Under the pieces are notes generated by a model. The model was not told where the DNA came from. It ran no database searches and saw only the letters and a list, made by a program, of their open reading frames with translations. This document shows positions 19,233 to 29,651 of a stretch of DNA of 64,000 nt, piece after piece. Both the position numbers and the translations under genes were made by a program. Within the stretch, counting starts at the first letter, position 1; every line of letters starts with the position of its first letter. Source of the stretch: Candidatus Omnitrophota bacterium (GTDB lineage Bacteria; Omnitrophota; Gorgyraeia; Duberdicusellales; 4484-171); assembly GCA_037146775.1 (NCBI GenBank), contig JBAWWL010000001.1:261464-325463 (forward strand), in the 5' to 3' direction.

Positions 19233-21619
19233 AAGAAAAAATAGCACAATTATTGCGTCGAAAAGTATTGTTGCTGGATGGTGCAACCGGGACCGAGTTA
19301 CAGCACCGGGGTATGCCTCCAGGAGTATGCCCGGAGAATTGGTGTCTTGATCATCCCGATGTTCTTGTTCGTGTGCACGCCGATTACTTTGCGGCCGGAG
19401 CCGATATTGTGTATACCTGCACGTTTGGGGCAAACCGTATAAAACTTAGCGAATATAAGATAAAAGATGTCTTTTCTGTGAATAAAAAACTTGCCGAGAT
19501 CGCGCGCCGAGCGGCAGGTAAAAGCGGCCTTGTTGCCGGAGATATTGGCCCAACCGGCAGGTTTGTCGAGCCTTTTGGCGATCTGGCATTTGAGGAAGCG
19601 GTTGAAATTTTTAAAGAGCAGGTTCGCGGTTTACTTGAAGCAGGGGTTGATTTGCTGGTTATTGAAACGATGATGGATATACAGGAGGCCAGGGCGGCAT
19701 TGTTAGCCGTTAAGGAATTGGCCGATATTTTTACTATTGTTACCCTGACTTTTGATAAGGGGGGTAGAACCTTGCACGGAAACGAACCGGTCAGTTCGCT
19801 AATTACGCTGCAAAGCCTAGGAGCGGATGCGGTAGGCTGTAATTGTTCTACCGGACCGCTTGATATGCTTCGATGTATTCAGGCCATGCAGCCGTATGCG
19901 ACAGTGCCACTGGTGGCAAAACCTAATGCCGGCATACCCAGGCTCATCGATGGTAAGACCGTTTTTACGATGCAACCGCGCATCTTTGCAAAAATCAGCA
20001 GAAAGTTAATCTGTGCGGGTGCACATCTGCTTGGCGGTTGCTGCGGGACAACGCCCGAACATATCAGGTATTTAAAAGCGCAAGTAGCAAGAATAAGGCC
20101 GGAAAAGTCTGCACGGGTTTCATTGTGCGCTTTGAGTTCCGCGCGCGGCCACATAGTTATCGGTAAAAAGAACAAAGTTATTATTGTCGGCGAGAAAATC
20201 AACCCGACCGGAAAGAAGAAAATGCAAGCCGAACTTTTAAAGGGAAAGCTTACTCTTGTCCGTCAGTTTGCGAAAACACAAGAAGTCCAGGGCGCCAAGC
20301 TTCTGGACGTCAATGTCGGCGTTCCCGGTATTGACGAAGTAAAAACAATGCGTATGGTTATCTCAAGTTTAGCGCTCACTACCGATTTACCTCTCGTTAT
20401 CGATTCAGCCAAGATAGAGACTATAGGGACAGCACTTCGCCTGTACCCTGGCCGAGCTCTTATTAATTCGATTTCCGCAGAAGGCGATAAATTACCCAAG
20501 CTTGCGGCATTAGCGAAGAAATATGGAGCAATGTGTATACTATTGCCTCTTGCGGGTAAACAGATTCCGCACAGTTTCAATCAGCGCAGGTTGTTGATTC
20601 GTGCTTTGGTTGCTCAGCTACGCAAGGCAGGTATACCCAAGGATGATATTATTGTAGATGTGCTTGCTTTAGCAGTTTCTTGCTACCCCGGGAGTGCGCA
20701 AGAAACCTTAAAAACGATAGCCTGGTGTACCAGGATCCTGAAATGCCGTACCATTATCGGGCTTTCCAATATTTCTTTTGGTTTGCCTCAGCGGCATCGC
20801 ATTAATAGGGTATTCCTTGATATGGCTGGACGCAAAGGTCTTACTTTTGCGATAGCCGATCCAGAGGATACAAGGCCTTTGCGCGACACGTGGGCCAGGA
20901 ATCTGTTACGGAATAAAGATAGGGGCGGTATAAAATATATCGAGAAATATAGACAGCAGGATCAGAGTGGCGATATGCCAAAAAAAGTGGACAGGGTTTC
21001 TCCGAGAGAAAGGATATTTACCGCGATCATGGAAGGCGAACGGGATGGTATTGGCGATAGCATACGCAACGCCATTCATTTGGGAGCGGCGCCTGAGGTG
21101 TTAATGCAAGAGGTGATGATACCTGCGTTGGTGAAAGTGGGAACGTTGTTTGAAAAAAAGCAATATTTTCTTCCGCAATTGATTGCAAGTGCACAGGCGA
21201 TGAAGGAAGGTTTTAAAGTCGTAGAACCGTTTTTACAGAAATCAGTAACAGGGCAAAGTCAAAGAAAGGTAATACTGCTTGCTACCGTTGAGGGCGATAT
21301 TCATGATATTGGGAAGAATATAGTAGCTTTAATGCTTAAGAACCACGGTTTTATCGTTATTGATTTGGGAAAAGATGTTTCCAGGGCAAAGATTGTTACA
21401 GCGATTAAAAAACATAACCCGGATATTGTGGGGCTTTCGGCATTGATGACTACGACTATGGTACATATGGGGGGCGTGGTTAAGGCGGCCCAGAAAGAGG
21501 GGTTGCAGTGTAAATTTATGGTGGGCGGAGCGGTGGTGAATAGTGCGTACGCAAATTCCATAGGTGCCGCATACGCTAAAGATGCGGTAGAGGCGGTTTC
21601 TCTTGCAAAACAGCTTTAG
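19229..21619 (+). CDS. metH: Cobalamin-dependent methionine synthase core (Hcy-binding, pterin-binding and B12-binding domains), lacking the activation domain
   Basis: Three domains are present: a homocysteine S-methyltransferase domain (LLLDGATGTELQ...GGCCGTTPEHI), a pterin-binding domain (GAKLLDVNVG) and a B12 cap plus DxHxxG (GDIHDIGKNIV). It is 796 aa, where a full-length MetH is about 1200 aa. Confidence 0.85.
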   Translation: MKEKIAQLLRRKVLLLDGATGTELQHRGMPPGVCPENWCLDHPDVLVRVHADYFAAGADIVYTCTFGANRIKLSEYKIKDVFSVNKKLAEIARRAAGKSGLVAGDIGPTGRFVEPFGDLAFEEAVEIFKEQVRGLLEAGVDLLVIETMMDIQEARAALLAVKELADIFTIVTLTFDKGGRTLHGNEPVSSLITLQSLGADAVGCNCSTGPLDMLRCIQAMQPYATVPLVAKPNAGIPRLIDGKTVFTMQPRIFAKISRKLICAGAHLLGGCCGTTPEHIRYLKAQVARIRPEKSARVSLCALSSARGHIVIGKKNKVIIVGEKINPTGKKKMQAELLKGKLTLVRQFAKTQEVQGAKLLDVNVGVPGIDEVKTMRMVISSLALTTDLPLVIDSAKIETIGTALRLYPGRALINSISAEGDKLPKLAALAKKYGAMCILLPLAGKQIPHSFNQRRLLIRALVAQLRKAGIPKDDIIVDVLALAVSCYPGSAQETLKTIAWCTRILKCRTIIGLSNISFGLPQRHRINRVFLDMAGRKGLTFAIADPEDTRPLRDTWARNLLRNKDRGGIKYIEKYRQQDQSGDMPKKVDRVSPRERIFTAIMEGERDGIGDSIRNAIHLGAAPEVLMQEVMIPALVKVGTLFEKKQYFLPQLIASAQAMKEGFKVVEPFLQKSVTGQSQRKVILLATVEGDIHDIGKNIVALMLKNHGFIVIDLGKDVSRAKIVTAIKKHNPDIVGLSALMTTTMVHMGGVVKAAQKEGLQCKFMVGGAVVNSAYANSIGAAYAKDAVEAVSLAKQL

Positions 21620-21693
21620 CATAAATCCACGGGTGTTGGTATGCTATTAACCTGCCAAGATTCATATTTGTATAGCATGTATACGATTTAGGC

Positions 21694-24081
21694 GTGAAGA
21701 GCAAAAATATGAGCGGACTATATCTTGGCGTTTTATGTAGCAGCCTGTCGGCGCTTTTGTTTGAAATTTCTCTTACCAAGTTATTTTCCGTAATTCTCTG
21801 GTACCATTTTGCTTATTTGGTGGTGTCTTTGGCTCTTTTCGGTATTGGAGCGGGCGGCCTCATTACCTTTTTTTTTGAAAATTACCTCAAGAAAAATATT
21901 ACTCAAGTCCTGCCGCGTATGGCAATTTTGCAATTCGTAGGTATTATATCCTGCCTTGCATTCATATTAAATTTCAAAATAACAGCAGGTTTTCACAAGG
22001 CCACGCTTCTTAGAACCATTTTATTGTATATTTCTTGTTCGTTCCCTTTTATGATTTCAGGCGCAACTACCTCTCTGACTATGCGTGTTTACGGGGAAAA
22101 AATTCCCAAGATTTATTTCTTTGATCTCATTGGCGCTGCGATGGGATGTATTGTCCTCGTCGTGGCTATTACTTATTTTTCAGCTCCAGCGGTAGTTATC
22201 ATCGCTGGTTTTTTTGCGTTAGCGGCTTTTTTGTGTTTTTCTTTTTTTCTAAGGTTGTTATCGGTCCCCACGGCTTTTATCGTAATGATGATGGCAACCG
22301 GTGTTATCTATACCCACACGCAAACAGATATTTTTTCCATTAAGTATACGAAACTTTACCGGGAAAGAAAAGACCTTATGTATGAAAAATGGTCGCCGTT
22401 GGCCAGGATAACCGTATATCCAGGAATCTTTTGGGCTAAGGATGTAAATGCGCCTTTTGGCTGGGGAATGAGTAAAAAGTTCGTCTCAAAAGGCCCCATA
22501 AAACAGCTTTGGATTGAGCAGGATGGTTGCGCCGGCACCCCGATCACTCAATTTGACGGTGACTTTAGGAAATTAGACTTTTTGAGGTATGATGTTACTG
22601 CATTTGCATATTATCTGAAAGATAAACCTACCACTTGTGTTATCGGTTCAGGCGGTGGCAGAGATATACTTACCGCGCTTTTGTTTGGGGCGCCAAAGGT
22701 GACTGCATGCGAGATAAATCCGGTTATCGTTAATTTGTTAAGAAATCAGTATCGTAGTTTTTCGGGCAATCTTTATGATTTAGCGCAGGTACAAGTGAAA
22801 GTCGCCGAAGCGCGTAACTATATCAGAAGCTCTCAAGAGCATTTTGATATCATCCAGATGTCGCTTATCGATAGCTGGGCAGCAACGGTTGCGGGAGCGC
22901 TTTCTTTGAGCGAAAACAGCCTTTATACCGTAGAAGCATTCGTTGATTACCTAAGACATCTTAAGCCGGATGGGGTTTTGTCAATAACACGTTTCCTTTC
23001 TATGCCTCGCTCACAATGTTTGCGCGTAGCGGTAATAGCCCGTAAAGCGTTAGAGAATACAGGTATACAATATCCTTGGCAGCACATTGCTGTTGTCGCC
23101 ACGCATCCTTATCAAGGGCTGGCAACGGTGATCATCAAAAAAAGCCCCTTTACACCGCCGGAAATAAAAACTATTCAAGATGCAGCCGGGCAATTGAATT
23201 TTTCGGTTCTTTATCTGCCCGACCAATGCCAAGACGCTGCTTTTTGCATGGCGATGACCGAACCGCTTAAAAATATCATAGAAAAATCATATTATGACGT
23301 GAGGCCGGTAACTGACGATCGGCCGTTTTTCTTCCAATTTCTTTATTTCTCGAAAATATTTGACCTCTTTACGGGAAAAGCTTTGCACGGGCAACATATG
23401 AATTATTATGCCCAGCTCGTTATAGCAATTTTACTCATTATTTCGTCTATACTTATTCTTTCGTTTTATATAGTGCCGCTTATGATTTCCAGAAAGACTG
23501 GCACGATGTCGCGTCCGTGGTCATTGTATTTTATGTTGCTTGGTCTGGGTTTTATGTTTGTAGAAATTCCTTTGCTGCAAAAAGGCTCTTTATATTTGGG
23601 GCACCCCACCTACAGTATATCGGTAGTGCTTTTCGCAATGCTTATTTTCAGCGGTTTAGGCAGCTATTACAGCGGTAGTATCGATATCAAAAATTTGCCC
23701 CGTTTTTTATTCTATTTCCTTTGTTGGACAACTATTACGCTTACAGTCGTTACCTTTTGCCTGGAGTACATAGTATCTTGGACGATCGGTTTTATGCCCC
23801 CTCTTAAGATATTTATTTTTATGTGCTGTACCGGCCTCATGGCATTTTTTATGGGGACTGCTTTTCCTTCGGGGATGCGGCTATTGAACCATTCTCATCC
23901 GACACATATTCCCTGGGCCTGGGCTCTTAACGCTGGTGCCTCAGTCCTAGGTTCAGTGATAGCTATGGGTATTTCTATAAACTTCGGATATCGTTATGTG
24001 CTTTGGTGTGGTGTGTGGGCTTATCTTTTAGCTGGCGTGCTTGTTAGATATTTGATGACAATCAAAAAACAGCATTCTTAA
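21694..24081 (+). CDS. Membrane-fused spermidine/spermine synthase-like protein
   Basis: An N-terminal multi-transmembrane region is followed by a PABS-like Rossmann core (VIGSGGGRDILTALL...DIIQMSLIDSW...DGVLSITR). More transmembrane helices follow at the C-terminus. Confidence 0.6.
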   Translation: MKSKNMSGLYLGVLCSSLSALLFEISLTKLFSVILWYHFAYLVVSLALFGIGAGGLITFFFENYLKKNITQVLPRMAILQFVGIISCLAFILNFKITAGFHKATLLRTILLYISCSFPFMISGATTSLTMRVYGEKIPKIYFFDLIGAAMGCIVLVVAITYFSAPAVVIIAGFFALAAFLCFSFFLRLLSVPTAFIVMMMATGVIYTHTQTDIFSIKYTKLYRERKDLMYEKWSPLARITVYPGIFWAKDVNAPFGWGMSKKFVSKGPIKQLWIEQDGCAGTPITQFDGDFRKLDFLRYDVTAFAYYLKDKPTTCVIGSGGGRDILTALLFGAPKVTACEINPVIVNLLRNQYRSFSGNLYDLAQVQVKVAEARNYIRSSQEHFDIIQMSLIDSWAATVAGALSLSENSLYTVEAFVDYLRHLKPDGVLSITRFLSMPRSQCLRVAVIARKALENTGIQYPWQHIAVVATHPYQGLATVIIKKSPFTPPEIKTIQDAAGQLNFSVLYLPDQCQDAAFCMAMTEPLKNIIEKSYYDVRPVTDDRPFFFQFLYFSKIFDLFTGKALHGQHMNYYAQLVIAILLIISSILILSFYIVPLMISRKTGTMSRPWSLYFMLLGLGFMFVEIPLLQKGSLYLGHPTYSISVVLFAMLIFSGLGSYYSGSIDIKNLPRFLFYFLCWTTITLTVVTFCLEYIVSWTIGFMPPLKIFIFMCCTGLMAFFMGTAFPSGMRLLNHSHPTHIPWAWALNAGASVLGSVIAMGISINFGYRYVLWCGVWAYLLAGVLVRYLMTIKKQHS

Positions 24082-24082
24082 T

Positions 24083-25756
24083 ATGTATGCAACCATAATA
24101 CAAAAACGTTCGAAATATGTTTTATCCATCATGAATCTTTTTAAGAAGCATTGGCCGCTGGTGACGGTATTGATAATTTTTTGGTGTGCGCTTTTAACTC
24201 TCCTGGACGCTTCTTTGGAAAAAACTTCCGGCCATCTCATTTACGCTCTCGACGATCCGTATATTCATATGGCAGTCGCAAAAAATTTTGTGCAGCACGG
24301 TGTGTGGGGGGTAACTAAATATCGTTTTTCCTCGGCAGTTTCTTCGCTTTCCTGGCCTTTACTTCTGGCGGCCTGCTACGCTGTTTTTGGCGTGAATGAA
24401 TTAGCGCCATTTATCCTTAACTGTATTTTTGTGCATGTTTTGATCTGGTTTGCTTATGTAATAATGAAAAAAAATGGTTTTACGCCGTTTTTTTCTTTCG
24501 TAATATTGCTATTTCTGCTATTTGTAACCCCTTTGCCTTCTCTTATTTTCGGCGGACAAGAACACATTTTACATACTCTTTGTACTATGATTTTTGCCTA
24601 TTATGTGAGCTGTCTTCTTTGCCGGAAAAAACAAGCGTATGGCGTATTTTTATTTTTTCAATTAGGCATATTATCCTGTTTGGTTACTATGGCGCGTTAC
24701 GAGGGGATATTTATAATTTTAGCCGCAGCGTTTTTGTTGTCAGCACGCAAAAAGTTCATGTCTGCTTTCCTACTTGTTGCAATTAGCTTGTTGCCGCTGG
24801 CAATCTATGGATTTATCGCGGTAAAACAAGGGGCTTATTTTCTGCCCAACTCCATCATCTTAAAGTCAAAAATATTTCAGCTGTATCAGCACAATCTTAA
24901 AAACCTGATATCTTTTGATTATGACAATATAAAAATACTTTTTTCTCTTTTTTTATCTCCGCTTGTTATGGCGGCAATTATCACAGGTATACTGCTTAAG
25001 AAGAAAGAAAAAAGTTTCTGGCATCCTGCTATCGTGATGTCAACGCTTTTTATTATGGCTAGTCTGCCGCACATGTTTTTTGTGGGCAGGGGGCACGGAT
25101 TTTCGCGCTACGAAGCTTACTTAGTAGCTTTTGGTATAGTTAGTATTTCGTTTACATTGCATAGCTTCCTGCCTGTTTTAAGGATGCGACGTTCCCAACC
25201 GAGTTTTCTTTCCATGCGTATATTTTCTTTGATTGCTATTGTACTTTTATCTGGGTTGCTTATGGTGCGAGCAGTGTGTTATTTTCTCGCTGCACCCCTT
25301 GCAACCAAGAATGTGTATGATCAGCAATATCATATGGGGTTGTTTCTCAAGAAATATTACCAAGGGCAAACCGTTGTTTTAAATGACATAGGCCTTGTTA
25401 ACTATCTTGCTGATATCCGCTGTTTAGATTTATATGGGTTAATGGATGGCGAAATAGCAAACGCAAAGCTTAGCGCTGTATGCGACACTCAGTATGTATA
25501 TAATTTTGCCAAAGTTAACCAGGCAAAAGTTGCAATCGTGTATGATTTATGGGTGCGCTGGGCCTGTGGCGCAGTACCGCCGCAGTGGTTGCTTCTGGGG
25601 CAGTGGAGGATTAAGCGCAATGTTATATGCGGTGATGAAGTTGTCTCTTTGTATGCGGTTGATCCTTCCGAGAGAAAAAGGCTCGTAACCTGTCTCAGAG
25701 ATTTTTCTAATCAGCTTCCTTATGACGTGAAACAAAGCGGAGAGTACCGGCAATGA
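24083..25756 (+). CDS. Large polytopic membrane protein, GT-C-fold glycosyltransferase-like (ArnT/PMT-like)
   Basis: At least 11 transmembrane segments precede a soluble C-terminal domain. An acidic DDPY motif sits in the first extracytoplasmic loop. Confidence 0.45.
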   Translation: MYATIIQKRSKYVLSIMNLFKKHWPLVTVLIIFWCALLTLLDASLEKTSGHLIYALDDPYIHMAVAKNFVQHGVWGVTKYRFSSAVSSLSWPLLLAACYAVFGVNELAPFILNCIFVHVLIWFAYVIMKKNGFTPFFSFVILLFLLFVTPLPSLIFGGQEHILHTLCTMIFAYYVSCLLCRKKQAYGVFLFFQLGILSCLVTMARYEGIFIILAAAFLLSARKKFMSAFLLVAISLLPLAIYGFIAVKQGAYFLPNSIILKSKIFQLYQHNLKNLISFDYDNIKILFSLFLSPLVMAAIITGILLKKKEKSFWHPAIVMSTLFIMASLPHMFFVGRGHGFSRYEAYLVAFGIVSISFTLHSFLPVLRMRRSQPSFLSMRIFSLIAIVLLSGLLMVRAVCYFLAAPLATKNVYDQQYHMGLFLKKYYQGQTVVLNDIGLVNYLADIRCLDLYGLMDGEIANAKLSAVCDTQYVYNFAKVNQAKVAIVYDLWVRWACGAVPPQWLLLGQWRIKRNVICGDEVVSLYAVDPSERKRLVTCLRDFSNQLPYDVKQSGEYRQ

Positions 25757-27936
25757 TACGTATACTATCGTCTTTTCCGGGTATGGTTGTGCTGACGACT
25801 TACGGTGTATTGGCTACGTGTTGTAGTACCCTTATTTTTATTGTCATGATTTTTTGTCCGCTTTATGTCGCCTATCTTTTTGTACGCCGTTTCCACCCAG
25901 GGCTTAAATTCTGTGAACGCTGGGCAGCTGCCGGCATTGTTGCTGTTTGTTTGGCCGTGATTATTTTTAATATTACCGCATATATACATTTTTTTAACCG
26001 GTATCTTGTGGCCGGCATATGCCTGTTTTTTGCTTTCTTTGGCCATTTATTCTGGAGAAAACATGCTAATTTTTTAAGCGAAAAAGCAACTATAAAAAGT
26101 TGGCAAGAAGAAATGATGCGTTCGCGTTGGTGCATATTATTTTTTATGATCTGCGGTTCGTTGTTGGTCTCGCTATTAAGGAGCCTGACCTTACCGCCTC
26201 TATCGTGGGATTCGATGTTATATCACTTATATTTTGCGGGGACATGGGTCCAGAACAAAGGGGGAGGGCTTTTATTTGAGCCGGATGTGATAAAGTGCGT
26301 TGCTTCTTTTCCTCATAACGGTGAAATAATCGCAGCGTGGTTGATGCTTCCTTTTCATGGCGATCTTATGGTCAATACCATGAATTTTTTCTTTATTGGT
26401 ATCGGCGGATTGAGTATTTATGCGTTAGGCAAAGAACTTAATTTAAGTAAAAGTTTTTCTTCTCTGCTAACTTGTTCGCTGTGTTTTTCGCCCATGCTCT
26501 ATAGCTACATAACAACACAGTATGTCGACATATTGGTTTTTACCGCATTGATTAACGCTATATTATTTTTCTTTCGCTTCTTAAGGACACAAAAAAGGAT
26601 AGATGTGTTTTTTATGTATATAGCTTTAGCGCTTGCGGTAGGTACTAAATATTCCGCTTTACCGTTAACAATGTTATTGTGTTTTCTTTCTTCTCTGTCG
26701 GTGCTTTCCGGTAATATCGCTTTAACGCGTAAGATACGGAGAACCATTTCATTTATCGGCGTGGGCTTGTTGGTCTTAATTATTGTAGGTGGAAGTCAAT
26801 ATTTCATTAACTGGAAAGAAACTCGCAATCCTTTTTATCCCAATAAGGTCTCTATGGGAAAGCACATTATTTTTCCCGGATCTTTGTATTGGGAGAATGT
26901 TGCTAAAGATAAGGAGGTAACTAGTTTACGCGACGATTTTTTCAGCATTATAAAACTATCTATTTATCCACCGGATGACTTACCGCGCTCTGCCGGTTTG
27001 AATTTTATTTTTTTCGGTATTATTGCATTTTTTTCTATTTTTCGTCCAGCCGGAAACTCTAAAAAAATAATATGGTTTTTAACGCTGCTTTGGCTATTGC
27101 CGGTGATACTTATGTATACGAGTAATTCCGCAAATATTATACTTATTCGGCGCTTCTTGCCTTTCGATGCCGCAAGGTTTTTATCGGTATCATTTGCACT
27201 TATGGCTATCGTCGCAATATTACGGCTCGCCATAATCAAGAAAAAATTAATAGTGAAAGTTTTCTTGGCGCTTTTTATTGTGTGGGATTTGCATCGGATT
27301 AATTACCAGCTGCCATTTAGTTATAAACAGCTCTATTTTTTTCCGGTCATTTTAACATTGTTGGCAATATTCTTGTGGCTTGTTTTTAAGTTTAGTCGCA
27401 TAATAATTAGGTTAACCGCGCGCTGTAATGTATTTATGTTATTTATGTCGGGCCTCGTCGCGGTTACACTTTTTGTTTCTGTTTTACAGAAATATCGTGA
27501 TATTACCAGGGTGAACTCTTTGAGTAAATGTGCAGATTTGCATGATTTTCCACGAGAATTTATAAAAGGCTGGGGGTGGTGTGACAATCCGGCTCAATCT
27601 CAGATTATTGCTTTTACGACCGACTTTAGGTCTTGGGATGATCGGTGGTTTCTTTACCCTCTTATGGGGCGCCGGTTACAAAATAAAGTTATCCACGTAG
27701 CGGCTGATAGCGAAGGTTTTGGAACTTTTGCCGAGCGTAGAAATTATCTAGCCTGGAAAGAAAATCTCAAGTCTAGTAAGGTTGATCTTATTTTCATCCA
27801 GAAGCCGTGGCCAATTGAGTTAGAGTGGGTTTCTCAAAACCCTCAGCTTTTTAAACTTGAACAGCAGGGTGAAGCATTTTGTGTCTATCGAGTCATATCG
27901 CAAAAATCCGCGGCGAACATGGCTTGGGTAAATTGA
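25753..27936 (+). CDS. Large polytopic membrane protein, GT-C-fold glycosyltransferase-like
   Basis: It is 727 aa with many transmembrane helices and overlaps the upstream gene by 4 nt. It has a soluble C-terminal domain. Confidence 0.45.
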   Translation: MIRILSSFPGMVVLTTYGVLATCCSTLIFIVMIFCPLYVAYLFVRRFHPGLKFCERWAAAGIVAVCLAVIIFNITAYIHFFNRYLVAGICLFFAFFGHLFWRKHANFLSEKATIKSWQEEMMRSRWCILFFMICGSLLVSLLRSLTLPPLSWDSMLYHLYFAGTWVQNKGGGLLFEPDVIKCVASFPHNGEIIAAWLMLPFHGDLMVNTMNFFFIGIGGLSIYALGKELNLSKSFSSLLTCSLCFSPMLYSYITTQYVDILVFTALINAILFFFRFLRTQKRIDVFFMYIALALAVGTKYSALPLTMLLCFLSSLSVLSGNIALTRKIRRTISFIGVGLLVLIIVGGSQYFINWKETRNPFYPNKVSMGKHIIFPGSLYWENVAKDKEVTSLRDDFFSIIKLSIYPPDDLPRSAGLNFIFFGIIAFFSIFRPAGNSKKIIWFLTLLWLLPVILMYTSNSANIILIRRFLPFDAARFLSVSFALMAIVAILRLAIIKKKLIVKVFLALFIVWDLHRINYQLPFSYKQLYFFPVILTLLAIFLWLVFKFSRIIIRLTARCNVFMLFMSGLVAVTLFVSVLQKYRDITRVNSLSKCADLHDFPREFIKGWGWCDNPAQSQIIAFTTDFRSWDDRWFLYPLMGRRLQNKVIHVAADSEGFGTFAERRNYLAWKENLKSSKVDLIFIQKPWPIELEWVSQNPQLFKLEQQGEAFCVYRVISQKSAANMAWVN

Positions 27937-27944
27937 CTCTAGAA

Positions 27945-28736
27945 ATGAGAATATCTATGGTATTAAAACTACGCACAAAAATTAGTTCGGTAATAGGCAA
28001 GATAAAGTTTTTTACGAGGGCGATCGTGATCGGATGGTTTAGATTGGAGTGTGTATATGACCATTTTTTTATCCGTACTTTTAACCAGAATACGGTGATT
28101 GTTGATTTTGGTGCCGGTAAAGGAGAGTTTGCGGCCTATATTACTGGCCGCTTTCCGCATGCGCGCGTTTTTCTAGCTGAGGCGAATCCTGATTTGGCGC
28201 AGAAGCTTATTGACATCTTTGGCGCTAAAGGCAACGTGACAGTTGCCAATACTGCTATTGGTGCTCATTCTGCCTCGAGTGTCAAATTCTATTTGAGCCG
28301 TGACCTGATAAGTAGTTCTCTGTATGAATCTTTGAGTAAATTAGGAGGGTTGGCGGAAAGCGGTGCATGTGAGGTTACGATTAGCATGCATAGCTTAAAC
28401 GATTTTTTCGCGCTGTATAATCTTGATAGGATTGATTTACTCAAAATTGATATTGAAGGCGCAGAATTTGAACTTTTTGAAAACTTCTCAAAGCGCGATT
28501 TTACGCGCGTTACGCAAATATCCGTAGAGTTCCACGATTTCTTAGATCCTTTGTTGCGCGATCGAATGCAAAGTTGCGTCGATCGGCTGCAAAAGCTAGG
28601 TTATTCGTGTATCCATGCGGGGATAAATTTTATGTATGGTTCGGAATATTACAATTGTTTATTTTATGATCGTAAACGTCTTGGTTGGAATAATCTTTCA
28701 AGGTACCTGAAAATTCCGCAATGGCTGTACCGTTAA
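27945..28736 (+). CDS. FkbM family methyltransferase
   Basis: It carries VDFGAGKGEF...LKIDIEGAEFELF. The track ORF begins at 27879 inside the upstream gene, and I chose the ATG at 27945. Confidence 0.75.
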   Translation: MRISMVLKLRTKISSVIGKIKFFTRAIVIGWFRLECVYDHFFIRTFNQNTVIVDFGAGKGEFAAYITGRFPHARVFLAEANPDLAQKLIDIFGAKGNVTVANTAIGAHSASSVKFYLSRDLISSSLYESLSKLGGLAESGACEVTISMHSLNDFFALYNLDRIDLLKIDIEGAEFELFENFSKRDFTRVTQISVEFHDFLDPLLRDRMQSCVDRLQKLGYSCIHAGINFMYGSEYYNCLFYDRKRLGWNNLSRYLKIPQWLYR

Positions 28737-28755
28737 CTTTCGGGAAGCGGTATGG

Positions 28756-29643
28756 GTGTCGGCAGATAATGTGTGGGTGGTCGGTGACGGATATATGAAA
28801 ATTCGGTCAGAGGTTAAAACTTTTATGAAACGAATGCTGCGGCGTTTACGGTGTAAAGCGCGAGATATGCTTGAGATGACGAGGGTCTTGCGGTATGTCT
28901 ATGCCGGCAATAATGTTGTGCAAAGCCAGCATGGTAAAATTATTGTTTCTATCAACGATAAACAGCTCGGGTTTTTCCGGGCGATATTACGTAAGCGAAG
29001 CAGCGATTTTGCGGTTTTTCGACAAGTATATATTCAACGTGAGCAAGGTGTGCTTGTAGAGAAAATCGTTCGTGATAACGAAAAAGACGATGTGCGTTAT
29101 ATTATCGACGCAGGAGCGTATACCGGTTATACGTGTATCTATTTCAAGAGAATGTTTCCGCAGGCAAAAATTGTTGCGGTTGAGCCGGAGTCAAACAACT
29201 ACGCTTTGCTTCTTGATAATATTAGGCTTAACGCTTTAGAAGACATTGTTGCCCTGAACCGCGGATTGTGGGTTGACGATGCGGGCTTGGAAATTACCAG
29301 GGAGCTTGGAGATGGCAGGGACTGGTCAGCGGCCGTAAAAGCATCTCAGGCGCGGGTACCGATTCTTCGGGGTATCGCTATGAAAGAAATAATGTATACC
29401 TATCAATTGCCCTACATCGATATTTTGAAGATTGACATTGAAGGGGCGGAGTGGTCCATTTTTGACAACCACGAACATCTTGCAACGTTTCTTCCTTTGG
29501 TGCGGTATTTGGCCATGGAGATTCACGAAGAAGTCCACGCAAAAGAAAAGATCTGCAAGCTATTAAAAGATTTTCATTTTGAATACTTTTTTTATCAAGA
29601 ATTAATCATTGGATATAATACCAAATTTAATAAACCACGTTAA
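28756..29643 (+). CDS. FkbM family methyltransferase
   Basis: It carries IIDAGAYTGYT...LKIDIEGAEWSIF. Confidence 0.75.
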   Translation: MSADNVWVVGDGYMKIRSEVKTFMKRMLRRLRCKARDMLEMTRVLRYVYAGNNVVQSQHGKIIVSINDKQLGFFRAILRKRSSDFAVFRQVYIQREQGVLVEKIVRDNEKDDVRYIIDAGAYTGYTCIYFKRMFPQAKIVAVEPESNNYALLLDNIRLNALEDIVALNRGLWVDDAGLEITRELGDGRDWSAAVKASQARVPILRGIAMKEIMYTYQLPYIDILKIDIEGAEWSIFDNHEHLATFLPLVRYLAMEIHEEVHAKEKICKLLKDFHFEYFFYQELIIGYNTKFNKPR

Positions 29644-29651
29644 ATATATTT

